IMG/VR virus record: IMGVR_UViG_3300028581_000012
Strand: one strand, 5' to 3'
DNA length: 64,000 bases
From: a virus
Within the stretch, counting starts at the first letter, position 1. Each line of letters opens with the position of its first letter. Positions 20,154 through 30,374 of this stretch are shown here, piece after piece. Below the pieces are notes generated by a model. It was not told the DNA's origin, searched no databases, and saw only the letters and a program-made list of their open reading frames with translations. Made by a program: the position numbers and the translations under genes.

Positions 20154-21218
20154 ATGGAATTAGACAAAATCAAAAAAATCGAAACCTCGGTTGAAAAACT
20201 TGGGGACAAATCTGCTAGAATTTATTTTTTAGTACAGGATACTAAAGGAAATCCTAAAGCGGGTATTGCTTACATTTATCAAATGGCAATGTCATTAAGA
20301 AATAAAGGATTTAATGTGAAAATGATTCACGAAACAAAAGACTACCAAGGAGTTGAAGAATGGTTAGGAAAAGAGTATATGGAAATTGAACATTTACCTA
20401 TTGAAGGTCAGAACCTTCCAATTTCACCTGAAGACTTTGTTGTTATTCCTGAGCTATACGCTCACGTTATGGAACAATTAAAGAACTATCCTTGTGGTAA
20501 ATTAGTATTATGTCAAGCTTATGATTATATGTTGGAAACATTACCTCCTGGTATTTCTTGGGCTAATTATGGATTTATAAAATGTATTACAACATCTGAA
20601 TTCCAAAAAGAATATATTCGTTCAGTATTTAAAAACGTTAGTGTTGATATTGTTGAACCTGTTGTTTCTGAAATTTTCACAAAAAAAGAAAAACCTTCTA
20701 AACCAATCGTTTCTATTCATTGTAGAGAACCAAGAGATACTGCAAAAATCATTAAAAGTTTCTATATGAAATATCCACAATATAGATGGTTTACTTTTCG
20801 TGATATGAAAAACATTAGTCAAACAGACTTTTCTAAATTTTTAAAAGAGTCTTTTGTATCTGTTTGGATTGATAGAGAATCTGGATTTGGTACTTTCCCA
20901 ATTGAAAGTATGATTTCAAATACACCGGTAATTGGTGTGGTTCCAAACTTAAAACCTGATTGGATGAATGAAAATAATGGTGTTTGGACTTACTCTTTTA
21001 ATGAGGTTATTGATATTTTGGCAAACTTTTCACAAAACTGGCTTGAAGATAATATTAGTGAAGATTTATACACTAATATGACTGAAACGGGAGAAAAGTT
21101 TCAAAACAAACCTTTGTTTGATGAAAAAGTGGAAACATTATTTAATGAATATTTTCAAGTAAGAAAAGAAATGTTTAGTCAACAATTGGAAAAATTAAAA
21201 ATAACTGAAGAAAATTAA
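20154..21218 (+). CDS. Glycosyltransferase-like protein (GT-B fold)
   Basis: VVIPE, and ESGFGTFPIESMISNTPVIG resembling the GT4 EGFGLPxxEA motif. Confidence 0.65.
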   Translation: MELDKIKKIETSVEKLGDKSARIYFLVQDTKGNPKAGIAYIYQMAMSLRNKGFNVKMIHETKDYQGVEEWLGKEYMEIEHLPIEGQNLPISPEDFVVIPELYAHVMEQLKNYPCGKLVLCQAYDYMLETLPPGISWANYGFIKCITTSEFQKEYIRSVFKNVSVDIVEPVVSEIFTKKEKPSKPIVSIHCREPRDTAKIIKSFYMKYPQYRWFTFRDMKNISQTDFSKFLKESFVSVWIDRESGFGTFPIESMISNTPVIGVVPNLKPDWMNENNGVWTYSFNEVIDILANFSQNWLEDNISEDLYTNMTETGEKFQNKPLFDEKVETLFNEYFQVRKEMFSQQLEKLKITEEN

Positions 21219-21222
21219 AAAT

Positions 21223-22035
21223 ATGGAAAACTTAGAAAAATTAGATGTATCGGTAATTTTACCAATAGATTCGGCAAAAAATGTAATGTTCAATGATTTA
21301 TTTAATCGAGCAATCATTTCAATTCAATCACAAACTAAACCAATTAATGAACTTGTAATTGTACATTCAGGAGAAGAGTTGTTGAAAAATACACTTGATA
21401 ATTTTGATTTCAGTGGTCTTACTGTGACATTAGTTGAAAACGAAAATGAATTTGATTTTTGTTCACAGATTAATATTGGAGTAAAACACGCTAAAAGTAG
21501 TTGGATTTCCATTTTAGAATTTGACGACGAGTATTCAACAATTTGGTTTAAAAACTTTGATAGATATGAAAAGGCTTATCCTGAGGTAGATGCGTTTTTA
21601 CCAATTGTAATTGACACAGACGAGAAAGGAGTATTTGTTGGGTTTACTAATGAAGCAACATTTGCAGTAAGTATGAATTCAGAAATTGGTTATTTAAATA
21701 ATGACACATTATTAAATTATCAAAACTTCCAATCAAGTGGAATGGTTATTAGAAAATCAGTATTTGAAGATAACGGAGGTTTTAAACCAAGTATGAAATT
21801 AACATTTGTTTATGAATACCTTTTAAGATTGACATATAATTCTGTTAAAATTATGACAATCCCAAGAATTGGGTACAAACATATGAACTTAAGACCAGGT
21901 TCAATATTTTGGAAATACAAAAACGGAGAAAATAAAATTACAGATGATGAGGTATCTTTTTGGATTGAGTCGGCCAAAAAAGAACATTTCTTTACGACCG
22001 ATAGAAACATAAAATTTGAACCGCAAAGTGTATAA
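21223..22035 (+). CDS. GT2-like glycosyltransferase
   Basis: VSVILP, SIQSQT, INIGV, ILEFDDEY, GGF. Confidence 0.7.
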   Translation: MENLEKLDVSVILPIDSAKNVMFNDLFNRAIISIQSQTKPINELVIVHSGEELLKNTLDNFDFSGLTVTLVENENEFDFCSQINIGVKHAKSSWISILEFDDEYSTIWFKNFDRYEKAYPEVDAFLPIVIDTDEKGVFVGFTNEATFAVSMNSEIGYLNNDTLLNYQNFQSSGMVIRKSVFEDNGGFKPSMKLTFVYEYLLRLTYNSVKIMTIPRIGYKHMNLRPGSIFWKYKNGENKITDDEVSFWIESAKKEHFFTTDRNIKFEPQSV

Positions 22036-22778
22036 TGTTTTTGGAGGAGACAAACCCCAACAATTTAGAAGAAAAGCAAAAGACAGAAAAAAAAAGTAAA
22101 AATTATTTTGATGTTAGAGAGGAAGAGGCGGTGAAAAATTATATCACCGCCGAAACCCAATTAGAAAAAGAAGAAATATATAATAAATTTCTTAAAGAAC
22201 CGTTAGATAAAATGATTGAATCTATTATCAGACGTTATAAGTTATATCGAAAAGATATGGAGTATAGGGATTTACACACTGATACGCATTCTTTTTTGAT
22301 AACTAAAGTGGATAAGTTTAAACCTGCTAAAAACAAAAAAGCGTATTCATACTTTGGTACTATTTGTAAAAATTACCTTATGGGTCAAATACAAAAAGAC
22401 CAAAAGGAAACAAATAGAAGGGTGTCTTACGAAGATATATCAGCAACATTAGAAAATAGACCAGATATGGTTTATTATTTAGAATTTGAGAAAATGGATG
22501 CTGAAAAAATTATTGATATATTTCTTAATGACCTGAAAGAACATGTAAAAACAACTTCAATGCATGATGGTGAGTATAAGTTGGGAAGCGCACTCATTGA
22601 ATTATTTGAAAATTATGGTAACATTTTTATAGGAAATGATAATAATAAGTTCAATAAAAATATTGTTTTATTATCACTTCGTGAAATGACAAATCTTTCA
22701 ACAAAAGAAATAAGAACATACTTAAAAAAATATAAAGTTTTATATTTAAGTACCATTAGAAGAATAAATAATAATTAA
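22035..22778 (+). CDS. Putative late-transcription sigma factor (T4 gp55-like, sigma region 2)
   Basis: NYF...KFKPAKNKKAYSYFGTICKNYL resembles the gp55/sigma-2 FDPxKxxNPFAYFTQI segment; it directly precedes the structural genes. Confidence 0.55.
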   Translation: MFLEETNPNNLEEKQKTEKKSKNYFDVREEEAVKNYITAETQLEKEEIYNKFLKEPLDKMIESIIRRYKLYRKDMEYRDLHTDTHSFLITKVDKFKPAKNKKAYSYFGTICKNYLMGQIQKDQKETNRRVSYEDISATLENRPDMVYYLEFEKMDAEKIIDIFLNDLKEHVKTTSMHDGEYKLGSALIELFENYGNIFIGNDNNKFNKNIVLLSLREMTNLSTKEIRTYLKKYKVLYLSTIRRINNN

Positions 22779-22786
22779 AATTTATC

Positions 22787-22793
22787 TATTTAT
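22787..22793 (+). promoter_or_regulatory. Putative late-promoter motif TATTTAT
   Basis: 5 nt upstream of the ATG at 22799. Confidence 0.5.
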
Positions 22794-22798
22794 TTAGT

Positions 22799-23167
22799 AT
22801 GGATAGAAAAAGAAAAAAAGAAATTGCACTTAATAAAGACTCCGTTTTAGGTCTTATGCAAGAAATATATAACGAACTCGTTGAGCAAAGGTCGACAGCC
22901 ATACGAATTCAAAATAAAATGTTAGCTCTTCTAAAAGATGCCGAAGATATGACGGTTATTGGTCCTGTCATTAAAGAACAACAAAAAATTATTAACGACA
23001 CTATTGAGAAAAAACTTAGTTTGTCAAAACTTCAATCAACTATTTGGGAAAAATCAAACAACGCCAAAGAAGATAACTTTTCGTTGTCTGATATGGATGA
23101 AACCGTATTACAAAGTTTAATTCAAAAAGACGTTAGTCAAAATAATAATAATGATTTTACACTCTAA
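22799..23167 (+). CDS. Hypothetical coiled-coil protein
   Basis: 122 aa ORF with the late motif upstream. Confidence 0.6.
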   Translation: MDRKRKKEIALNKDSVLGLMQEIYNELVEQRSTAIRIQNKMLALLKDAEDMTVIGPVIKEQQKIINDTIEKKLSLSKLQSTIWEKSNNAKEDNFSLSDMDETVLQSLIQKDVSQNNNNDFTL

Positions 23168-23170
23168 AAA

Positions 23171-25153
23171 ATGGCTAATTTAGATATTAATAAAGGTTAC
23201 TCGGACGCTAAAAGTAAAATCAGTGCATACCAAACTGTAAAACAAAGTAAGGAAGACGATAATAAACAACAGAAAGAAAAAACAAAAGCCAATACTGACA
23301 AAAAGAAAAGTGAGGTTCAAAAAAGTATCAACGATTTAAAGAAAGGGGCTAGCGACAAAAAAAAAGAAATTAAAAATGAAGTTAAAAATCAATTAGAACA
23401 ACTTTTAGATTTATTTAAATCAACTCTACCAAGTGGTGGGGGTTCATCATTAAAAGTTTTAACTAATGTATTTCTTCAAGCAGCAAATAACACAAAACCT
23501 AGAATACAAGAAGCTCTTGTTAGTGAAATTGTAACAACTATTGGTTGTTCAGAAGAACAAGCGTACACTCCAAACCAACCAATATATATTAAAGTTAATC
23601 AGGTAGATTTATTTAAGATATTAAAATACTCTCCTGATGACGAAGATTACAAGTTTCAATACGAAAAAAATACAACAAACAATGGTTCAACACCTTATGC
23701 AATGAACCAACAATTATATAAAAGATTACAAAATCCTTCACAATCGTTTTTACAAGATACTACGGGTGGTAATGGTCAAACATATAAAGGAGCATCGGCA
23801 TCACAAATTTTTGATATACAATATGTACAAAATTATTTGGGTCCGAATAACCTTCAGGTTACTGGGGACTTTTTCAAAGTTACTCTTAATAATCAGGCAA
23901 ATAATAGAACTACTGTTACAGATTTTTTACAAGATTATTACACAAGTATTGATGTTATGCCTTTTGATAATTTAGCAGTTAATTTAAAAAATATGTTAAG
24001 TGGTTCATTTGATTTTTCGGCCGGATTATCAAGTGACCAATTAAGGGAAGAGTCTAAATTTGAAAAAGTTTTAAAAAGAATAATGGGGATTTGTGAAGAC
24101 CCAAACAAAAAAATCGATGTTGCAGGGACTTCCAAACTAAGTGATGTGGATGAAATTGATGATTCTTTCTTTGATGTTACAAATCAAGAATTGATGTCTA
24201 TTGAACAAAAAATAAACAACACACTCAATGGTGTTGTTGAATACGAAGGGTGTGAAGGTATTAAATTACCTATTAATGTTTTGGCAGATAGAAAATCACA
24301 AGAAGAAATTGTAAATGAAAACTCAGATAATGCAAAAATTGAAAAATTTGAAAAGTCTTTAGATAATATGGCAAATGACCCAAAATGGAAATCATTAGTT
24401 CCGGGTCTTGGTTTAGATTTAAATATAAAGTCACTTTTACAAAGTAATATAATTTTAGGACTACCTTTGATGGTTCTTAAAACCATTTTATCACCAAAAG
24501 TTATGTTAGGGTTTTTAATTATGGTTAAAGCAATTAAAAATGAAATATCAGAAAAGTTAGACGACGCATTTGATGACCTAACAAATTTTATGAAAACCTT
24601 TAAAAAGTTTATTTTAAACTTTATGAAAAAAATCACATCCATATTTGTTGAAGAACTTTTTAAAATTTTAAAAAAACAAATTAAAGTGTTAGTAGAAACA
24701 ATACTTTTAGAAATAATTAAAGAGGCTAAAAATAAACAAATTAGTATGTACGCAAATATTGTATATATACTTTTAGTGATTGGTCAGGGGGTTGTAGATT
24801 TTAGAAACTGTAAAAGTGTTATTGATGAAATATTAAAATTATTGAATCTTGGTCTTTCACAATTAAATTTGGGATTACCTCAGTTTATTTTAGCTGGGTC
24901 TTCTTTATTAGGTGGTGTATCTGATACAAGAGCATTTTCAAATGTTGTTGAAAAACTACAGAGTCAAGGTCTACCAACCGGAGCGGCCCCTGACGGTGGT
25001 CCAAACTTTATGAATATGTCTATGATGTCTTTAATTAAAGGAATGAATCAAGAACAGGCGGAAAATGGTAAAGCTGAAATTTTTATTCCACCATTGACTA
25101 TGACACCGGCTGGTATAACTTTACCTTCAAAAGGATATGGAAAAGCACTCTAA
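23171..25153 (+). CDS. Hypothetical protein, probably virion-associated
   Basis: 660 aa ORF in an operon with the baseplate spike-like gene. Confidence 0.55.
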   Translation: MANLDINKGYSDAKSKISAYQTVKQSKEDDNKQQKEKTKANTDKKKSEVQKSINDLKKGASDKKKEIKNEVKNQLEQLLDLFKSTLPSGGGSSLKVLTNVFLQAANNTKPRIQEALVSEIVTTIGCSEEQAYTPNQPIYIKVNQVDLFKILKYSPDDEDYKFQYEKNTTNNGSTPYAMNQQLYKRLQNPSQSFLQDTTGGNGQTYKGASASQIFDIQYVQNYLGPNNLQVTGDFFKVTLNNQANNRTTVTDFLQDYYTSIDVMPFDNLAVNLKNMLSGSFDFSAGLSSDQLREESKFEKVLKRIMGICEDPNKKIDVAGTSKLSDVDEIDDSFFDVTNQELMSIEQKINNTLNGVVEYEGCEGIKLPINVLADRKSQEEIVNENSDNAKIEKFEKSLDNMANDPKWKSLVPGLGLDLNIKSLLQSNIILGLPLMVLKTILSPKVMLGFLIMVKAIKNEISEKLDDAFDDLTNFMKTFKKFILNFMKKITSIFVEELFKILKKQIKVLVETILLEIIKEAKNKQISMYANIVYILLVIGQGVVDFRNCKSVIDEILKLLNLGLSQLNLGLPQFILAGSSLLGGVSDTRAFSNVVEKLQSQGLPTGAAPDGGPNFMNMSMMSLIKGMNQEQAENGKAEIFIPPLTMTPAGITLPSKGYGKAL

Positions 25154-25358
25154 ATTATCATCTGAAAAAGTATTGGAAATTTTATCAGAGTATAAAAAAA
25201 CACCAAATAAAGATTTGATTGCGGTTTTAGATTTTCTATATGAAGATTTTGAAAAAACAAAAGACCTAATTATTAAATTAACCAATCATTTGGATACAAC
25301 GGAAAATAGTTACAACAAAATTTTAGAAGAAATAAATAAAAGAACAAATCAATTTTAA
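25137..25358 (+). CDS. Hypothetical protein
   Basis: 73 aa ORF coupled to both neighbours. Confidence 0.5.
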   Translation: MEKHSKLSSEKVLEILSEYKKTPNKDLIAVLDFLYEDFEKTKDLIIKLTNHLDTTENSYNKILEEINKRTNQF

Positions 25359-26950
25359 TGTCAAACGAATTACCACTTCCCAATAGTCAAATAATTTTCT
25401 TTGGTGTTTGTGTAGACAATCAAGACCCATTGATGCTTGGAAGAATAAGATGTCATCCAATACAAGAAAACATCGAGGCGATGAAAGGCACCATTAAAGG
25501 GTTTAATGAAAAAAGTAAAAGTACTTTAAATGGTCCTTGGGGTGAAAAAGACCCATTTATATTTTTACCATTTTTACCATATTTTGTTAATCAAGTACCT
25601 AAAAAGGATGAAATGGTTATGATTATATACTTTAATAACCAACTTACAAAGGGTAGAAATAGGTTTTATTTAATTGGACCATACTCATCCCCCACAACGA
25701 TTGAAAATGAAGATAATAGGTCATCAAGGACTCATACAGATATGGGGTATCAAAACTCAAGAGAAAAATTACCAAATATCAAAGACCCTTATTCAAAAGA
25801 ATACCCAAATAACAAAAATGCGGGAGTTTTTCCAGAACCTGATGACATATCAATTAATGGTAGAGGTACGGCAGATTTTATATTAAAAAATAATGATTTG
25901 TTATTAAGAGCAGGTAAACACAAACCTTTTAAAACAGGGGAAATACCTGAATATGATGACAACAGAGCTTTTATTCAATTATCAAAATTTACAAACAAAC
26001 TTTCATACGGTGCTCCTGAATCTTATGTCAGATTAGAAAGACAAGAACAACAATTAAAATACTTAATTGAATATGATGTCTATAACCCTGAAAGTGCTCC
26101 TCAAATTTTTCAAGGAGATGTAACAATTTATCAATTACCTGATAAAGAATCGAGGTCAACTAAAACAAGTCAATTTGAGTGGGATACTGAAATCACCGGT
26201 TCAACTTTATCCAAAGTCAGAATTGTAAAAATAGACCAACCTTTGGGTATTGATGATTTTGCAAAATTTGTATCTGACCAAATAGTTGCACTTAAAGATA
26301 CTCCTGAACTAATGATTTCTAATTTACCGGCAAATGGTACGGTAAATCAAAACAACAACTCGGCAAATGAGTTACAATTTCCTTTTTATTACAGACCGTC
26401 AAAAAGAATTAGAAATATAATAAAATCTTTACCAAGTCAAAACACAATTACTGATTTTACAAATATGAATCAGTTAATATCAAAAGTTTTAATTACAACA
26501 ACCGATGTTAGCCCTGGTTATGGGTTAGTTTTGGATAGAAAAGTAAGCCCTGAGTTACCATTCTTACCAAAAAGAGAAGTTTTCACACCAATTAAAACAG
26601 AACAAATTGATAATACAGTAGGTCTTATTGGAGCGTCCCAACTTTATCTACTATCACACGACACATCAATACCCGGAAAAGGTAAAATATCTTTACCTGG
26701 TTCAGTTTCGGGAATCAGTCCAACACAAGTTTTTGATGAGGTGGAACCTAAAACGTCTTCTATGGTTAGAGGTGAAGAACTATTGGAACTATTAGAATCT
26801 ATTGTTGGATTTTTAGTTAGTCACGTTCACCCATATCCATTATTACCTCCGTCAGGGGTTGCTTATGATGGAACTAGTATTGACGATTTAACCAAAAAAA
26901 TGTTAGAGGCATATCAAAAAGTTTTAAACAGTAATATTCGAATTAACTAA
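25358..26950 (+). CDS. Baseplate hub/central spike protein (gp5/GpV-like OB fold)
   Basis: N-terminal GVCVDNQDPLMLGRIRC; C-terminal VRGEEL...SHVHP (HxH spike-tip motif). Confidence 0.6.
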   Translation: MSNELPLPNSQIIFFGVCVDNQDPLMLGRIRCHPIQENIEAMKGTIKGFNEKSKSTLNGPWGEKDPFIFLPFLPYFVNQVPKKDEMVMIIYFNNQLTKGRNRFYLIGPYSSPTTIENEDNRSSRTHTDMGYQNSREKLPNIKDPYSKEYPNNKNAGVFPEPDDISINGRGTADFILKNNDLLLRAGKHKPFKTGEIPEYDDNRAFIQLSKFTNKLSYGAPESYVRLERQEQQLKYLIEYDVYNPESAPQIFQGDVTIYQLPDKESRSTKTSQFEWDTEITGSTLSKVRIVKIDQPLGIDDFAKFVSDQIVALKDTPELMISNLPANGTVNQNNNSANELQFPFYYRPSKRIRNIIKSLPSQNTITDFTNMNQLISKVLITTTDVSPGYGLVLDRKVSPELPFLPKREVFTPIKTEQIDNTVGLIGASQLYLLSHDTSIPGKGKISLPGSVSGISPTQVFDEVEPKTSSMVRGEELLELLESIVGFLVSHVHPYPLLPPSGVAYDGTSIDDLTKKMLEAYQKVLNSNIRIN

Positions 26951-26973
26951 CTATTTATATATAAAATAGTTTA

Positions 26974-28455
26974 ATGTCAATTTACAGGTCATACTTCGAT
27001 AAAAGTGATACAATAATACAAAATAGTTACACAAACACGGGAAGAAACCCGATTGTGGAATTATTTTATGGTCGCGTAGATAATTTAAGTGCGCCAATAG
27101 GATTTAGTCGTTATATTTTTGATATAGATTTAACAGACCTCCAATCAAGAATTTCAGATAAAATTATTACTTCTGGCTGTGGCACAAATTTTACACATAC
27201 CCTTCGTATGACAAATACTTCGTACTTTGATGAAAGTTTAATTAACGATAAAACATCACAAGGTAGAAGAAGGGCCACGTCTTTTGATTTAGTGTTATTT
27301 AGAATACCCAAAACATCAGGAACCACAGGACTTGCTCAAAATTGGGATAGTGGTGTTGGTTATGACTATTATGATTATCAAGTAACAAATTTAAATGATA
27401 GGTCATTTTCACAAAGACCCTCAAATTGGTATGAAGCAACAATTATAAGTGGGTGGAGTTTAAATGGGATTTATGATAATACAAATTCGCAAACGGGTGG
27501 ATTTAGTGGATTAAATTATTCGGCATTGACTATTGTTGATACACAACATTTTGAATTTGGTGATGAAGATATTGAATTTGATATGTCAAGTGAAATAAAT
27601 AATATTTTGAATGGAACACTAACTGGGGTAACAGGATGGGGTGTTGCATTTTATCCTGATGTGGAAAATATTAGTGGTATGACTGAAAACTATTCCGTTG
27701 GATTCTTTTCACCACATACCCAAACATTTTACGAACCATTTTTAGAAACAAATTATGACGATTTAATACTTGATGATAGAAATAAATTTTATTCAGGAAA
27801 TAATAATGAACTTTATTTATATGTTTATGAAAACGGTAATGCGGTTAATTTAGACGCACTTCCAACAGTAGACATATTGGATTTAAACCAAAACCCACTG
27901 ACCGGATTTACAGGATTATCAACATGTCAAGTAACAAAGGGTGTTTATAAATGTGATATAAATAATTTAACAGCGTCTACCGTACCTTGTTTATACTACG
28001 ACGTATGGAAAGGTTTATCTGCAAACACCGTATCCATATCAGATGTGACTTTGGAATTTGCACTACTACCTAAAAATGGTAATTTTCAAATAGGTTCAGT
28101 CACCCAACAACCAAAAATATATGGTTTTGAATTTAACGGCATAAGACAAAATGAAAAAGTTTTAAATACGGATATTAGAAAAGTTAACGTAATAATAAAA
28201 CAAGCATATTCTTCTAATACGCCACTCACAACTGTTGAGGCATACTATAGAATATATGTTAGAGAAGGGGCAAGTACTGAAGTACAAGTACAAGATTGGA
28301 CAAGAATTAATGAAGTTCCTGATGGGTTTTATTTCATTTTTGATACAACTGATAAAATTCCAAATGAATATTTTGTCGATATTAAAGTTGTTAGTGATAG
28401 AAATGTGGACACTTATAAAAGAGAATTACAATTTCAAATTGTAAATAAAAAATAA
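26974..28455 (+). CDS. Putative virion structural protein
   Basis: 493 aa, beta-rich composition; TATTTAT at 26952-26958. Confidence 0.55.
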   Translation: MSIYRSYFDKSDTIIQNSYTNTGRNPIVELFYGRVDNLSAPIGFSRYIFDIDLTDLQSRISDKIITSGCGTNFTHTLRMTNTSYFDESLINDKTSQGRRRATSFDLVLFRIPKTSGTTGLAQNWDSGVGYDYYDYQVTNLNDRSFSQRPSNWYEATIISGWSLNGIYDNTNSQTGGFSGLNYSALTIVDTQHFEFGDEDIEFDMSSEINNILNGTLTGVTGWGVAFYPDVENISGMTENYSVGFFSPHTQTFYEPFLETNYDDLILDDRNKFYSGNNNELYLYVYENGNAVNLDALPTVDILDLNQNPLTGFTGLSTCQVTKGVYKCDINNLTASTVPCLYYDVWKGLSANTVSISDVTLEFALLPKNGNFQIGSVTQQPKIYGFEFNGIRQNEKVLNTDIRKVNVIIKQAYSSNTPLTTVEAYYRIYVREGASTEVQVQDWTRINEVPDGFYFIFDTTDKIPNEYFVDIKVVSDRNVDTYKRELQFQIVNKK

Positions 28456-28480
28456 AGATATATTTATATTATAAAAGATT

Positions 28481-29104
28481 ATGGCAGATTATTTTTATAC
28501 GGTTGAAAATTGTGTTGACCAAAACGATACAGGAGTTTTTAGTTCAACCACACTATACTCGGTTGGTCAAGTTGTATCATTATTTACCCCATCAATTGGG
28601 TGTTACACAATAACTGAGGTTAATTTGGTTGGGGTTGCAACTTTAAATTTTGTATCGGTATATACAACTTGTTTAGAATGTATACAAACTACTGGAGGGG
28701 TTTTTGAATTCGAAAATTGTGCAAATCCTTCCGACCAACCATCAATAGACGTTATTGAATTTCCAATAGTTCCACAACTCAATCAAGTTTATAGTATATT
28801 GACAAGCTCCGGCACTTTAAACTGTTTTACTTTTCTTAGTTATGAATCAGTTGGTAGTGCGACAGAAGGATTAGTAAGTATAGAAGGACCATATGTTGAT
28901 TGCCCCCAATGTACAGTTTTAAGTTTACCTCAATCAGCGAATACTGAAGTATTTGTTTGTGAATATATATGTGTGACTGGAGGTACAGGAAGTTCTGTTG
29001 TTGTTGTAACACCTCCACACCCACAATATTCTAACACTCAAGGTAATTCTGTAACACAATTGAACATGATTACACTCGGAGGTTTTAACGGATTAAATTC
29101 TTAA
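28481..29104 (+). CDS. Cys-rich protein with two internal repeats
   Basis: Two ENC...CY/FT...YxxCxxC units; TATTTAT at 28461-28467. Confidence 0.55.
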   Translation: MADYFYTVENCVDQNDTGVFSSTTLYSVGQVVSLFTPSIGCYTITEVNLVGVATLNFVSVYTTCLECIQTTGGVFEFENCANPSDQPSIDVIEFPIVPQLNQVYSILTSSGTLNCFTFLSYESVGSATEGLVSIEGPYVDCPQCTVLSLPQSANTEVFVCEYICVTGGTGSSVVVVTPPHPQYSNTQGNSVTQLNMITLGGFNGLNS

Positions 29105-29106
29105 AT

Positions 29107-29571
29107 ATGAAAAATTTATCACAAATAATTAATAAAGTTCTAAGAGAAGAACACGAAAATAAAAGTTCTAGATATATGTTCTTTTCAAATTTAGAACAGA
29201 TGAGAAGACAATGTGATTTGTTACTTGATTTGGACCACTCTATGATTGAAGAAATTCTTGAAAATGGCCACGATTGGGCTCAAGACCATATTTCTGAAGC
29301 TAAAAATAATATGGACCAAGTTTTTGATTTTTTAATGAATGAAGTTAACGCAGATTTCCAAAAAGACGATATGTACGACAACGAAGAAATGATGATGCAA
29401 GAAGGTCGTAAAAAAACAGGTACAAAACTTTGCGCTAGGGGATTGGCGTCCGCCAAAGCAAAATATGAGGTTCACCCCTCAGCCTATAGTAATGGACACG
29501 CAATACAAGTATGTAAAGGAAAAATTAAAGGACTTGACGGAAAGAGAAGATGTTCTGGTGCTTTTTGTTAA
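29107..29571 (+). CDS. Hypothetical protein with a leader ending in VLRE
   Basis: MKNLSQIINKVLRE...; basic Cys-containing C-terminal module AKAKYEVHPSAY. Confidence 0.6.
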   Translation: MKNLSQIINKVLREEHENKSSRYMFFSNLEQMRRQCDLLLDLDHSMIEEILENGHDWAQDHISEAKNNMDQVFDFLMNEVNADFQKDDMYDNEEMMMQEGRKKTGTKLCARGLASAKAKYEVHPSAYSNGHAIQVCKGKIKGLDGKRRCSGAFC

Positions 29572-30302
29572 ATAGACCTTAATATTTTATTTATAAGAAT
29601 TTCTAAGGACTCATTTTGAGTCCTTTTCTTTTTTGGTTTGTATGATGTCATTATTGGTTTTTGACCTTTACCTGTTTGTGTATCTTGTTTTTCAGCCCTT
29701 CTTTTTTGTTGACATGCAGCCCTTTTTTCAGATGTACTCATTTTACCTGCAACCCCAGCAGCTCTACATTTCGGATAAGAACCTTTAGATGTGTCACTTC
29801 GACCACAAGGAGGATGTTTACCATCTACTTTTCTACAAATATCAACCCAAGGACCTTTTGGTTGTGAAGAACCTTTAGGTTTCTTTTTTTTACCAAACCA
29901 TACGGCTAAATCTTCATTCAATGGAATTTTGTTTAAATCATACCATTCATTCATTTTTTTTCCGATTACTTCAATTGGGACTATTCTTAACTTACTGTCG
30001 GCATTTTGATTTATAATACCTCCATCCTCATCATTTTGTTTTTTGTGTTTTTTATTATAATGGGATATTTTTTTTGATTTTTGTTCAAGGTTTTTAACAT
30101 TTTTTCTATTAGATTCCAATGAACCATCATAACTATCGTATTCTAAATCTGCATTAAAATATTTAGAAACTTTTGTTTTAAAAGGGCCTAATTCACTTTC
30201 TTCCCAATCAATTTCACCCATAGTTAAAGGACCATTATAATATCCAGCATATCTACTTGAAGTTATTTCTTTTATGACTTTTTGAATAATATTTTCTATC
30301 AT
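29568..30302 (-). CDS. Hypothetical protein with a leader ending in VIKE and a basic Cys-containing module
   Basis: LAVWF...WVDI...CGR...YPKC; TATTTAT-N4-ATG. Confidence 0.6.
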   Translation of the reverse strand: MIENIIQKVIKEITSSRYAGYYNGPLTMGEIDWEESELGPFKTKVSKYFNADLEYDSYDGSLESNRKNVKNLEQKSKKISHYNKKHKKQNDEDGGIINQNADSKLRIVPIEVIGKKMNEWYDLNKIPLNEDLAVWFGKKKKPKGSSQPKGPWVDICRKVDGKHPPCGRSDTSKGSYPKCRAAGVAGKMSTSEKRAACQQKRRAEKQDTQTGKGQKPIMTSYKPKKKRTQNESLEILINKILRSI

Positions 30303-30306
30303 AATT

Positions 30307-30313
30307 ATAAATA
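30307..30313 (-). promoter_or_regulatory. Putative late-promoter motif TATTTAT, 4 nt before ATG
   Basis: Minus strand reads TATTTAT-AATT-ATG. Confidence 0.55.
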
Positions 30314-30323
30314 TTATATAAAT

Positions 30324-30357
30324 AAAAAAAGGTCAGATTTCTCTGACCTTTTCTTTT
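30324..30357 (-). terminator. Terminator downstream of the major capsid gene (bidirectional form)
   Basis: AAAAGGTCAGA-TTTC-TCTGACCTTTT flanked by A and T tracts. Confidence 0.8.
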
Positions 30358-30374
30358 ATTAACCTTTAAATTGA

